This document shows, in pieces, positions 17,679 through 25,992 of a stretch of 64,000 nucleotides of DNA. Each line of letters begins with the position of its first letter. Within the stretch, counting starts at the first letter, position 1. The translations under genes were made by a program, and so were the position numbers. Source of the DNA: a virus. Under the pieces are notes generated by a model. The model was not told where the DNA came from and made no database searches. It worked only from the letters and a program-made list of their open reading frames with translations. The stretch spans positions 1 to 64,000 of IMG/VR virus record IMGVR_UViG_3300047095_000666; one strand, written 5' to 3'.

Positions 17679-17882
17679 GTAGTCGCGTTGCAGCGCCTCT
17701 GTGCTGTCCGATCGTTGAGCTGGCGAGTGTTTCTTCCTTTCTGCAGCCTACCGTCTCCGGTCCGACACGCCCATGCCATAGCCTCCGCTTCATTCTCCTC
17801 CCTGAAGCCGACGCAGATGGATGCGCGTAACCCGCACGACAATGGAATCCCCCTACGGCCTTTTAGGTCGTAGGGGGCTTTT
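17678..17882 (+). ncRNA. Candidate ~200 nt late non-coding RNA with a rod-like fold and two pyrimidine-rich loops
   Basis: Own promoter and terminator; nested helices GTCG/CGAC, GTTGC/GTAAC, GCGC/GCGC, TCTGTG/CGCAGA, TGGC/GCCA, GTGTT/GACAC; side hairpin GCTTCA/TGAAGC; G-U pairs favour the + strand. Confidence 0.6.
17849..17882 (+). terminator. Intrinsic terminator
   Basis: CCCCTACGGCCT-TTT-AGGTCGTAGGGG then GCTTTT. Confidence 0.75.
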
Positions 17883-17884
17883 CC

Positions 17885-18301
17885 TTACTGTCGTCTGCTC
17901 AGAACGGCGTATAGTGAGTTTGGTGAGAACCTCCAAGCGTCTTTATATCCTAATGCGTAGGCTACTGCCTCGGAACAAAAGTACTTGGAGCGGTCTTCTG
18001 GAAGTGGACTGAGAACGAAACCAAACAGACCGGCAAAGTCGTATTTGGCTCCATCGTGATTAACAAACCACTCGGCGGCAGCTGACTCGTCGTAGCCCTT
18101 AAGCTCTATGATGTCCCAATGTTCTGGGTCTAACTCTATTTCTTTTGTCCTGACGCCTCCATCGCGAGGAGAAGACGACGCACAGATTGTTTTCCCATCT
18201 TGATCAAACACTAATTCAAGATGGGAATATGACCCTTTAGTCCACCAAGAAATGGCGGCGTCAAGGAAGTGGGTTCTATCCTTGTAAAATGCAACTTTCA
18301 T
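17885..18301 (-). CDS. Permuted papain-like NlpC/P60 (YiiX-like) protein
   Basis: YSHLELVF (His) precedes KYFCSEAVA (Cys); GAKYDFAG. Confidence 0.75.
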   Translation of the reverse strand: MKVAFYKDRTHFLDAAISWWTKGSYSHLELVFDQDGKTICASSSPRDGGVRTKEIELDPEHWDIIELKGYDESAAAEWFVNHDGAKYDFAGLFGFVLSPLPEDRSKYFCSEAVAYALGYKDAWRFSPNSLYAVLSRRQ

Positions 18302-18324
18302 AGGAGAATCCTTTGAAAACTATC

Positions 18325-18336
18325 TAACTTTCTGTT
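18325..18336 (-). promoter_or_regulatory. Putative late promoter AACA-N6-TA
   Basis: AACA GAAAGT TA. Confidence 0.6.
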
Positions 18337-18342
18337 CTCGCA

Positions 18343-18381
18343 AAAAAAAAATCTCCATGTGTCGAAAGGCACATGGAGATT
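18343..18381 (-). terminator. Intrinsic terminator
   Basis: A run + ATCTCCATGTG-TCGAAAGG-CACATGGAGAT. Confidence 0.8.
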
Positions 18382-18393
18382 GTTTCCGGCAGC

Positions 18394-19053
18394 TTAGATT
18401 CCGTAAAGTCGCGCAGCCTTGTCTACTTCAGCAAGATACTTAGCATTGCGCTTCCCGGACCTATACCAACCCTCGCCGAGATTGAAGGCCATGATGGCGG
18501 CTCTCCGACTCTTGAGGCTTGAGTGTAGCTCTTTCAGGTACTCCACGCCTGCCCGGATGTTCTCCTCGGGGTTATAGAAGTCCTTTGGTGTACGGACCTT
18601 GTCCCGGTGGTAGAAACGGTTCATCTGCATGAGTCCCAAGCAGTTGACGTTCCTTGCCTTCGGGTCGAACCTCGATTCGATGGCGATGATCCCTATGATG
18701 TCCCTGTACTTCGGGAACACCGGATCCTCGTACTTCCGAGCTAACGCGACGATCTTCCACGCCGTCGTCTCAGGCACGTCGAGGGAATTGGCGATGTTAC
18801 TTGCCGCCCTCTGGGTTGACTGGATGTCGTCCTCCCCTCCTTGCTCTTCCGGCAGAGAGGTCTCCGCAGCTGCGACTGCCGCAACGGCAATCGGGGCTGA
18901 GGCTCTCTTCAGGATTTGCTTCTTGGGTTGGGCCTTCACATGCACCTTCTTAGGCGGCGCATGGCGGTGGTGCTTGGGAGCGGCTTCTGCTGCTCCGACG
19001 CACACCATAGAGGCTAGGACAACGGCGATAATGAAGATGATTTTTTGCTTCAT
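18394..19053 (-). CDS. Lytic transglycosylase (SLT domain) with signal peptide
   Basis: IIAIESRFDPKA, GLMQM, NPEENIRAGVEYL, AFNLGEG; hydrophobic N-terminus. Confidence 0.88.
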   Translation of the reverse strand: MKQKIIFIIAVVLASMVCVGAAEAAPKHHRHAPPKKVHVKAQPKKQILKRASAPIAVAAVAAAETSLPEEQGGEDDIQSTQRAASNIANSLDVPETTAWKIVALARKYEDPVFPKYRDIIGIIAIESRFDPKARNVNCLGLMQMNRFYHRDKVRTPKDFYNPEENIRAGVEYLKELHSSLKSRRAAIMAFNLGEGWYRSGKRNAKYLAEVDKAARLYGI

Positions 19054-19134
19054 AGGGGTCTCCTTATTGAGGCCGTCCAGTGATTCAGACGGACTCATTC
19101 ATGAGATCTCTACTTGTGCGACATGAAAGAATTA

Positions 19135-19890
19135 TCAATGCACAGAGATCGTTGGAGGGACTTCGTCGATTTCCTGATCTTGCAGGATGGCGACTGTTGC
19201 GTCCCGAGATGCTTTCTCCTTGAAAGCGAGGGTTAAAATTCTCTCGGATTCGTCTTCTTCGAAATTCTCTTGGAAGAACTTTCCGAGTTCCCGGTCGTAA
19301 GACAGCTCTTCTTTCACCTTCTCGAATGCGTCCGAGCGAGGATCCAGCAGCGCGGCGTAAGGGTATTTGTCACCCTTCGTTTTAGCCGTCATCTGGTGCT
19401 CGAATTCGGTGAGGTAATCACGCATGATCGAGTTGTAGGTCAAGAAGTAGATGCCGTACTCGTTACCGTCGATCGTCATTCGGAATTTATCCTTTCCAAC
19501 GACCGACACGTTTTCGATCTTTCTTTCTCCAGTGTTCAGCACAGCTGACGAGACTTTCTCCCTGAACTCATCGGCACTTTCGCCGGACTCAGTAGCAGGA
19601 TAGAAGATCGCAGCATTCACGCTCACCATCAGCTGAGCCTGTACGTGGTGGGCGAGCATCCCGAGGAGCGGGATTTCGTCGCAGATGTCAACCAGCAGTT
19701 TTACAAAGAAGAGCGGCACGTCGGTGCGAGACACGACGACCACGTCGGAGTTGTTCTTCTCCGAAAACTTCGTGGCGATTCGATTGACCATATCGTCAAA
19801 ATCGACGGCTTCCACCATGAAGTCGGATCTGTCTACTAGGCCAAACACTTTGTCCGGTATCGAGCTTTGCTTTGCTCGGCGTCTGAACAT
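19135..19890 (-). CDS. Hypothetical late protein
   Basis: 251 aa ORF; AACA-N6-TA at 19913-19924. Confidence 0.75.
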   Translation of the reverse strand: MFRRRAKQSSIPDKVFGLVDRSDFMVEAVDFDDMVNRIATKFSEKNNSDVVVVSRTDVPLFFVKLLVDICDEIPLLGMLAHHVQAQLMVSVNAAIFYPATESGESADEFREKVSSAVLNTGERKIENVSVVGKDKFRMTIDGNEYGIYFLTYNSIMRDYLTEFEHQMTAKTKGDKYPYAALLDPRSDAFEKVKEELSYDRELGKFFQENFEEDESERILTLAFKEKASRDATVAILQDQEIDEVPPTISVH

Positions 19891-19912
19891 AGATTCCCCT
19901 TCTAGTTGATTC

Positions 19913-19924
19913 TACAGAAATGTT
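19913..19924 (-). promoter_or_regulatory. Putative late promoter AACA-N6-TA
   Basis: AACA TTTCTG TA. Confidence 0.6.
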
Positions 19925-19961
19925 CCCTTTCCCCATGATTTGACTGGGGAAAGGGTTTTTG

Positions 19962-22016
19962 TTAGTACTCGAATGCTTCGTCGATGTCGCCCTTCTTCCG
20001 GGCGCTGTCGTTGATGCCGAGGATCTTGACCGCTTCTTCCTCGTTGATGATCTTGACTCCGAGGTCCAGCGCCTTCTTGTTCTTGACGGTTCCGGAGGAG
20101 GTATCGTTGGTGATGAGGAAGTCGGTCTTGCTGCTGATCGAAGAAGCCATCTTATGACCCCTCAGCTCGATGGCCGCTTTGAAGTCCTCCCGGCTGTACC
20201 CTTTCAGGTTGCCGGTGACGACGACGCTGTACTTCTGGCCCGATACTTGGTTCGCTTGGACTTGCTCGGAGAAGCTGACGACTTTCACGCCGCTCTCCTT
20301 GAAGGCTTTGAACACTCCTTCAGCCCGTTCCCGGCTCTTCAGGATAGTCTCGACAAGAGCCTTACCGACGCCATTGATCGCGACCAGCTTCTGCTCCAGC
20401 CGGTTGGGCTTCTCGCCGAACAGGGTCTCGATGCCAACGTGGCGGAGGATCATCTTGGCTCGGTCGCGGCTCAGGAACTCGATGTTCAGAGAACCCAGCA
20501 GCTCGTAGTCGTAGATGCCCTTGTCGGAGTAGATCCGGTCGTTCACGGCCTTGCAGATCTGCTTGGCGGAAGTCTTACCGAAGCCCTCCGTGCGGGCGAT
20601 GACTGCTTCTTTGGTGGAATCGAAGTCTAGGTAGTCCTCGATTCCTTCGATGATCCCGACGTCATACAGAGCCTTGATCGTGTTCCGCTTGATGCCCTTC
20701 ACGTTGAGCTTTTCGAGGAACTGCTGTAGGTGGCCGATCTTGACGAGATCGCACTCCTCGTTGACGCAGTACAGGAACACGCCGTCGTTGTGGAGTTTCG
20801 ACCCGCAGCAGGTGCATTCCGTCGGAGGGAGGAAACGCTTTGCAACGTTCGTCGGCTGACCGGGGATCTTGTCGACGTACCCGAGCACGTCGTTGTTCAG
20901 CGAGAAGAGCATCCTGTCGCCGTAGTGCAGCTTCAGGTCCATGAACCGACGATAGTTAGCCAGGGACACTTTTTGGTAGGTAGCACCGTTCATGATGACA
21001 GGCTCCAGCACAGCCACGGGGGTGTACGTTGCAGTGTTGCCATCCGTGTACCACTCCATGTCCAGCAGCTTCGTTTCCTTCTCCATGTAAGGGAGCTTGA
21101 AGGCGATAGCGAAGTTGGGACGGTTGTCGGTGTACCCCAGCTCCTCTCTGAGCTCTTGATCGGAAGTCTCGACCACGATGCCGTCGATCATGTAGTCTAG
21201 TTCGAGGCGAGTCTCGGCGATAGTCTTGTACATCTCTGCCAGCTCGTCTACCGACTCGACTGTCATGATCTCCATCTCGTCGAAACACTTGATCTTCCCG
21301 TTCAGGGAGGAAAGAGCTTCGAGCTCAACGAAGCGGGTGACGTGGCCTGCGGTGATTGCTCGGTACTTGAGCGGGATCAAGGTCAGGTACTTTGCCATCG
21401 GGACGCCGTCTTCCTTGATGATGCCGCCGATCGCCGAACGAGGGTTCTTGTAGGATGTCCCGAACTCCTCGTTCAGTTTTACGAGGTTCTTCCACGAGAT
21501 CACTGCCTCGAAGCCGAGAGCGAAATCTTCGATCTTCTCGTCGTCCACGTCCGGCATCTCGATCGGCTTGATGAACGAGCAGTCCCAAGCCTTCTTGAAG
21601 TACCCGGTGAGGTCCTTGCCCACGCCGTCTTGGCCGCGAGTCAGAGCCTTCTTCATCTTGTTCTTGACGAACTCGAAGTTGATCGAGTGACCGTCATACT
21701 TCAGCGAGACGAACAGCGGATTCTTCGCGCTGACCTTGATCCCCTTGGACTTGAGCCAAGCTTTGAACTCGTCGAGGGTGTTCACCTTGTCGAGTGTGCC
21801 CGCGAGGTTGTCGTAGCTATGGGATAGCGTCACGGTGCTGGAAACGTTCGGAGCCGCACCGATCTCGAATCGCTTTCCGGCGACCTTTTCCCAGGCATCC
21901 TTGAGGCTGTCAAAGTCCTCGTCGGACATGACCTTCGTCTCCGTGTTGTAGTACGCCAGAGAAGCTTCGCGGAGCTTCTTCTCGACTTCCTTCAGATTCT
22001 TCTTCGTCACTTCCAT
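19962..22016 (-). CDS. ligA: NAD-dependent DNA ligase
   Basis: YY..SDEDFD domain Ia, KYDG, LTRGQDGVG, NPR, DGIVV, AIAFK, Zn finger, BRCT (ISSKTDFLI). Confidence 0.95.
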   Translation of the reverse strand: MEVTKKNLKEVEKKLREASLAYYNTETKVMSDEDFDSLKDAWEKVAGKRFEIGAAPNVSSTVTLSHSYDNLAGTLDKVNTLDEFKAWLKSKGIKVSAKNPLFVSLKYDGHSINFEFVKNKMKKALTRGQDGVGKDLTGYFKKAWDCSFIKPIEMPDVDDEKIEDFALGFEAVISWKNLVKLNEEFGTSYKNPRSAIGGIIKEDGVPMAKYLTLIPLKYRAITAGHVTRFVELEALSSLNGKIKCFDEMEIMTVESVDELAEMYKTIAETRLELDYMIDGIVVETSDQELREELGYTDNRPNFAIAFKLPYMEKETKLLDMEWYTDGNTATYTPVAVLEPVIMNGATYQKVSLANYRRFMDLKLHYGDRMLFSLNNDVLGYVDKIPGQPTNVAKRFLPPTECTCCGSKLHNDGVFLYCVNEECDLVKIGHLQQFLEKLNVKGIKRNTIKALYDVGIIEGIEDYLDFDSTKEAVIARTEGFGKTSAKQICKAVNDRIYSDKGIYDYELLGSLNIEFLSRDRAKMILRHVGIETLFGEKPNRLEQKLVAINGVGKALVETILKSRERAEGVFKAFKESGVKVVSFSEQVQANQVSGQKYSVVVTGNLKGYSREDFKAAIELRGHKMASSISSKTDFLITNDTSSGTVKNKKALDLGVKIINEEEAVKILGINDSARKKGDIDEAFEY

Positions 22017-22025
22017 AGTGCCTCC

Positions 22026-22208
22026 TCAGAGTTTGGCTTTGTTGCTGAACCAGTTGGAGATGCGAGTGGTCAGATCCCCGGCATGCTTGTTGGCATTGTC
22101 GTTCGGGAATTGCTGGACTATCTCCCAGAATGCTTGAGCGTCCTGCTCGGTTTCGAGGGTCAGCGTGATGGGGCTGAATTTCGGTTTCGTTTGTTTGATA
22201 TCCATCAT
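22026..22208 (-). CDS. Small hypothetical protein
   Basis: AGGAGG SD; overlaps the end of the HD gene. Confidence 0.65.
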   Translation of the reverse strand: MMDIKQTKPKFSPITLTLETEQDAQAFWEIVQQFPNDNANKHAGDLTTRISNWFSNKAKL

Positions 22209-22774
22209 GCCTCCTGGAGTTGGATGTTGTACATTGCGGAGTGCCGCCTGAGCTGCGCGGTAGCGAGCTCGTGCAGAGTCCGGTTGCCACGACCGAGGAC
22301 TAGCAGGAGCATAGACTTCTCCATCAAGTACGTCGGAGCGAATTTGGGATCCTTCTCAGCGATGTCCTCGCCGTTGTCGATAAGATCGGCAAGCTTGATA
22401 GTCTGACCGTCGTCGGACGCTTCTGCAAGGTGCAGCCGGTCGATTTCCTTCCGGCGCTCTCGGTTCCCGTCTTGAGGGGTTGACACGTCCGAGACTTCGT
22501 CCACCAGATTGGCGATCCTCGTCCCGAAGTGTCTCGCGATGTCTTTCTTAGTTCGCTTCGTGTCTTCGATGACGTCGTGCATGAGAGTCGCGGCATGCAC
22601 TTCAGGATCGTCGTTCACGGTCTGGACAATCCTGAGAACTCTGATTGGGTGGATGATGTACGGCTCTCCGGAGTACTTTCGGACTTGGCCGATCTCGGCA
22701 TGAGCTTCGGAGGCGTAGAGCAGTGCTCTGCTGACGACTCCTAAGTCTGATTGCAGTGATAACAAAATCGTCAT
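22205..22774 (-). CDS. HD-domain hydrolase, Mesh1/SpoT-like small alarmone hydrolase
   Basis: EAH..QVRKYSGEPYIIHP, LMHDVIEDT, IKLADLIDN. Confidence 0.88.
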   Translation of the reverse strand: MTILLSLQSDLGVVSRALLYASEAHAEIGQVRKYSGEPYIIHPIRVLRIVQTVNDDPEVHAATLMHDVIEDTKRTKKDIARHFGTRIANLVDEVSDVSTPQDGNRERRKEIDRLHLAEASDDGQTIKLADLIDNGEDIAEKDPKFAPTYLMEKSMLLLVLGRGNRTLHELATAQLRRHSAMYNIQLQEA

Positions 22775-22801
22775 GAGTTGTTCCTGTTATTAGGCACGAC
22801 A

Positions 22802-22812
22802 ATAATATATTT
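22802..22812 (-). promoter_or_regulatory. Putative early promoter (AAATATATTAT)
   Basis: Recurrent motif upstream of the HD-ligase unit. Confidence 0.55.
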
Positions 22813-22824
22813 ACGTCTGGCAGC

Positions 22825-22995
22825 TTAGCGGTGACGCAGGATTGACAAGATCTGAGGGTTCACCTGCACGGACGAACCCCGGCGCGGAGACAGGGGTCTG
22901 CGAGACGCAGAGGCTTGAGGACCGCACTGTTTCCAAGCGGCTCCTCCGGGAACGTTCCAGAGGTTTATCGGTGGCAGTTTCAGTTCAGGCCACAT
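22825..22995 (-). CDS. Possible small peptide (MWPELKLPPINLW...)
   Basis: GGAG SD, 56 aa; lies between a terminator and a promoter. Confidence 0.4.
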   Translation of the reverse strand: MWPELKLPPINLWNVPGGAAWKQCGPQASASRRPLSPRRGSSVQVNPQILSILRHR

Positions 22996-23039
22996 AATGA
23001 CTCCATAAAAAAAAAAAGAGGGGGCATAACCCCCTCGTT

Positions 23040-23705
23040 TCACATGTACACTTGGACGCCTCGTTGCATTCGCTCCACGCTCTCTATGCTCTCTTCGACA
23101 GCTTTGATTTGCTGCTTGGTGAGTTCAAGAGACGTGTGGCAGTGGTCGCAGTATCGCATCCTGTCGGAAAGATCTCTGTTCGACTTGCCGGACTTGAATA
23201 GGACTTCCAGAGTGGTTGACAGGTCGCGCATGGTCTTGCTCAGTCTTTCGACCATAGAGCGGAGAGTTTCGATCTGCTTCTTGATCGAGGCTACCTCGGC
23301 AGTACCAGCTTGAACACCGAAGCGCCACCCAGAGATTGCCGCGTCCATTTTATTCTTGATTGCGGGGATCCACATCAAGAAGGACAGCCTCTTCCGCCAC
23401 TGCACCAATCGCAAGTGCTGCTCGATGGCTTCTTTGACTGGGAGCCCGGAAAGCTTTACCGAGAGCTCGTTCACGTTGCGGTCATACCTCTTCCAGTCAT
23501 CGATGCCTTCGTCGCAAACCTTGTTCAGGTCTATTTTTCCGGCGAAGTGCGCGGAGATGTAAGGAGTGACCCTCACATTATCCTCCGAGCTCATCTTCTC
23601 AAGAACGACCAGAACTTCGATCGGAATCGGGGAACGTCGCTCGCCGAGAACCCCCTGTTTGGGAGTCCTCGGCGCAGCCCCTTTGTCGAAGAGGGGCTTG
23701 ACCAC
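23040..23705 (-). CDS. Coiled-coil protein of the ter cluster
   Basis: GTG start just after the terD stop; heptad-rich C-terminal half; N-terminal KPLF as in the TelA ORF. Confidence 0.7.
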   Translation of the reverse strand: MVKPLFDKGAAPRTPKQGVLGERRSPIPIEVLVVLEKMSSEDNVRVTPYISAHFAGKIDLNKVCDEGIDDWKRYDRNVNELSVKLSGLPVKEAIEQHLRLVQWRKRLSFLMWIPAIKNKMDAAISGWRFGVQAGTAEVASIKKQIETLRSMVERLSKTMRDLSTTLEVLFKSGKSNRDLSDRMRYCDHCHTSLELTKQQIKAVEESIESVERMQRGVQVYM

Positions 23706-23706
23706 G

Positions 23707-24303
23707 TTAGTCTTCCTCGACTTCGCCGCCGTACTGAACCACGAAGTCGCCCAGACCGAGGTTGTACCCGGCACCGACCGCCTTGAAGTTCCAGCCGCCA
23801 TCCTTCAGGTACAGACTGCCGAACTGCACGGCGGTCTCCAGCGAGAAGTTCTCCTCCAAATCGTAGGAGGCGATCAGCTCGTTGGTCTCGTCGTCGAAGA
23901 GCTTGATGTCGCTCTTCGGTACCTGACCGAAGTTCTGACGGCGAACATCGGCGTCGTGGATCGTCACGATGAACGAGATCTCCACTGCGACCGGGTTCAT
24001 CTTCGGCAGGTCGATGAAGACGATCTCGTCCGGGCCAGGACCGTCGCCGGTCTTGTTGTCGCCCTTGTGGGTGACTGCGCCTTCCGGGGAAGTCTTGTTA
24101 CCGTAGAACACCATGTACTCGTCGGCGATGAGCTGGTTGTTCGGTTCACCTGCTTTCAGGATGAACACGCTGACGTCCAGATCGAACTTGGAGCCGGTGT
24201 TGGTCTTGTTGGGTTCCCACGACAGTTCTGCGCGGATGCGCTTCAGAGTCGGAGCTTCCTTGGCCAGATTGATACGGCCACCTTTCTTCAGGCTGATTGC
24301 CAT
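23707..24303 (-). CDS. terD: TerD family protein
   Basis: MAISLKKGGRINL, FDLDVSVF, VFYGN, H.GDNKTGDG.GPDE, QNFGQV, WNFKAVGAG. Confidence 0.95.
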   Translation of the reverse strand: MAISLKKGGRINLAKEAPTLKRIRAELSWEPNKTNTGSKFDLDVSVFILKAGEPNNQLIADEYMVFYGNKTSPEGAVTHKGDNKTGDGPGPDEIVFIDLPKMNPVAVEISFIVTIHDADVRRQNFGQVPKSDIKLFDDETNELIASYDLEENFSLETAVQFGSLYLKDGGWNFKAVGAGYNLGLGDFVVQYGGEVEED

Positions 24304-24307
24304 TTCT

Positions 24308-25372
24308 TTATCCTTTCAGTTTCTGAACGAGTTCTTCGCGGAGTTCACCAGCACGTTTGAAGGTCTGGCTCCGCTTCTGGATTGCGTCGTTGACGACGTT
24401 GTTGACATCGGTGATCGCGCCGATGAGTTCGTTCTGGGCGAATTCAAGGGTCTCGATCTCGACCACTTGGCGGTTTGCCACCCGAGCCACGTCTCCGGCG
24501 TTCTGGCGCAGCATGGATGCGTTTCGCTTGACCATCTCGTTGGTTGCGTCGTGTACCGTGTCAGCAACCTTGACTGCGGTCTGCTGCTCCATGTGCAGGA
24601 TCTGCAGTGAGAACTGCTTTTCCCACGCCGGGATGGTGACGTCAACCACGTCCCGGAAGGTGCCGATCATCTGGCGGGCCGACTCCTGCATCAGACGGAT
24701 CTGAGGTGCAGTCTGGAAGGCCATCGTCCGGTTGAGCTCGAAGTTGACGATCTTCTTCTCAAGGCGGTTGATCTCGGCCCGCTTGTCGGCGATTCGCTGA
24801 CCGTGGAACTCGTCGGTTGCTTCTTCCGCGACCAGAGCGTCGAGCTCAGCCTTGAGATCTTCCAGAGCAGCCTTGCACTGCTCCATCAGATCACCGAATG
24901 TCTGATAGTCCTGCTCGTTAGCCGCGTACATGGCATCCAGAGTCTTGATCTGGTCGTCCATCTTCTTGGCCTGACCTCGGACTTCCTCGACGACCTTCCC
25001 GATCTGCTCCTTGACGGTGCGGTGCTTGGCGAAGAATTGCTCCTTCTTGAGCTTGGCATTCGTCCAGAGCTTGCTCAGGAAGCCGCCTTCTTTCAGGTCC
25101 TTGGGATCGAGCTGCTTCGAGATCACGATGATCTCGGTGAGCCGCCCGCCAAGTTCCTGCAGCGAGGAAGTTTTAGTCATCTCCAGCAGGGAGTTGTTGA
25201 CGGAGGAAGTGCGCGTCACGACGTCCCGACCGAACCCGTCGATGTCGGACAGCACCGGATGCCGAGCGGCCTTCGGCTTGACGATCACAGCGTTTGCTTC
25301 GGCGTGAGGGTAGCTTGTCACGCGCTGCAGGGTTTTCTTCTTCTCGGCGAAGAGAGGCTTTGGTCCATTCAT
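24308..25372 (-). CDS. telA: Toxic anion resistance protein TelA/KlaA
   Basis: LDPKDL..GFLSKL, QTAPQIRLMQ, TIPAWEKQ, ATNEM; located between the ter genes. Confidence 0.88.
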   Translation of the reverse strand: MNGPKPLFAEKKKTLQRVTSYPHAEANAVIVKPKAARHPVLSDIDGFGRDVVTRTSSVNNSLLEMTKTSSLQELGGRLTEIIVISKQLDPKDLKEGGFLSKLWTNAKLKKEQFFAKHRTVKEQIGKVVEEVRGQAKKMDDQIKTLDAMYAANEQDYQTFGDLMEQCKAALEDLKAELDALVAEEATDEFHGQRIADKRAEINRLEKKIVNFELNRTMAFQTAPQIRLMQESARQMIGTFRDVVDVTIPAWEKQFSLQILHMEQQTAVKVADTVHDATNEMVKRNASMLRQNAGDVARVANRQVVEIETLEFAQNELIGAITDVNNVVNDAIQKRSQTFKRAGELREELVQKLKG

Positions 25373-25941
25373 CCCACCAGCTCCTTGAAGGTGCGACCGT
25401 TCTTGTACTCGCCGACAGCTTCGAACTCCCACACGTTACCAGTGCGAGTCACGGTTCCAACGACGATGCCGGTCTTGTCTACGCCACCGGCCATGTCGAA
25501 CTCTGCCAGAATCGCGCCACTCTCGTCGCGGATGTGGCAATATGCGGTCTGGATCTTGGAGAAGGTCTGACCACGGAAGCTGCTGATCGTGAAGGTCAGC
25601 TGGTCCACCGAGTCAGGCAGCTTCGTCAGATCGACCACGATGGTCTCGTCGTCGCCGTCTCCTTCCCCGGTCAGGTTATCGCCGGAGTGCTGGATGGCAC
25701 CGCCGAAGGCACGGAGGTTGCCGAAGTAGACTGCGTTGTTCTGGAAGCTGCCGTTCTGGCGGATCACGCAAGAAGCGTCGAGGTCAACTGCTTCCATGGA
25801 GGTGGACTTGAACATCCCGAAGATGCCGCCGGATTCTTTCTTGATCGGATCCCACGCAAGGCCGATCTTGACGACGCGTAGCCCGTTGCCGTCGCCCTTG
25901 GCAAGACTAATCTTGCCACCCTTTTTGAGTTTGATAGCCAT
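25369..25941 (-). CDS. terD: TerD/TerZ family protein
   Basis: IGLAWDP, VDLDASC, VYFGNL, HSGDNLTGEGDGDDETI. Confidence 0.92.
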   Translation of the reverse strand: MAIKLKKGGKISLAKGDGNGLRVVKIGLAWDPIKKESGGIFGMFKSTSMEAVDLDASCVIRQNGSFQNNAVYFGNLRAFGGAIQHSGDNLTGEGDGDDETIVVDLTKLPDSVDQLTFTISSFRGQTFSKIQTAYCHIRDESGAILAEFDMAGGVDKTGIVVGTVTRTGNVWEFEAVGEYKNGRTFKELVG

Positions 25942-25992
25942 TTTCTTTCTCCTGAAGAAACGAAGAGGGCCGAAGCCCTCCTTGGTTGATGA

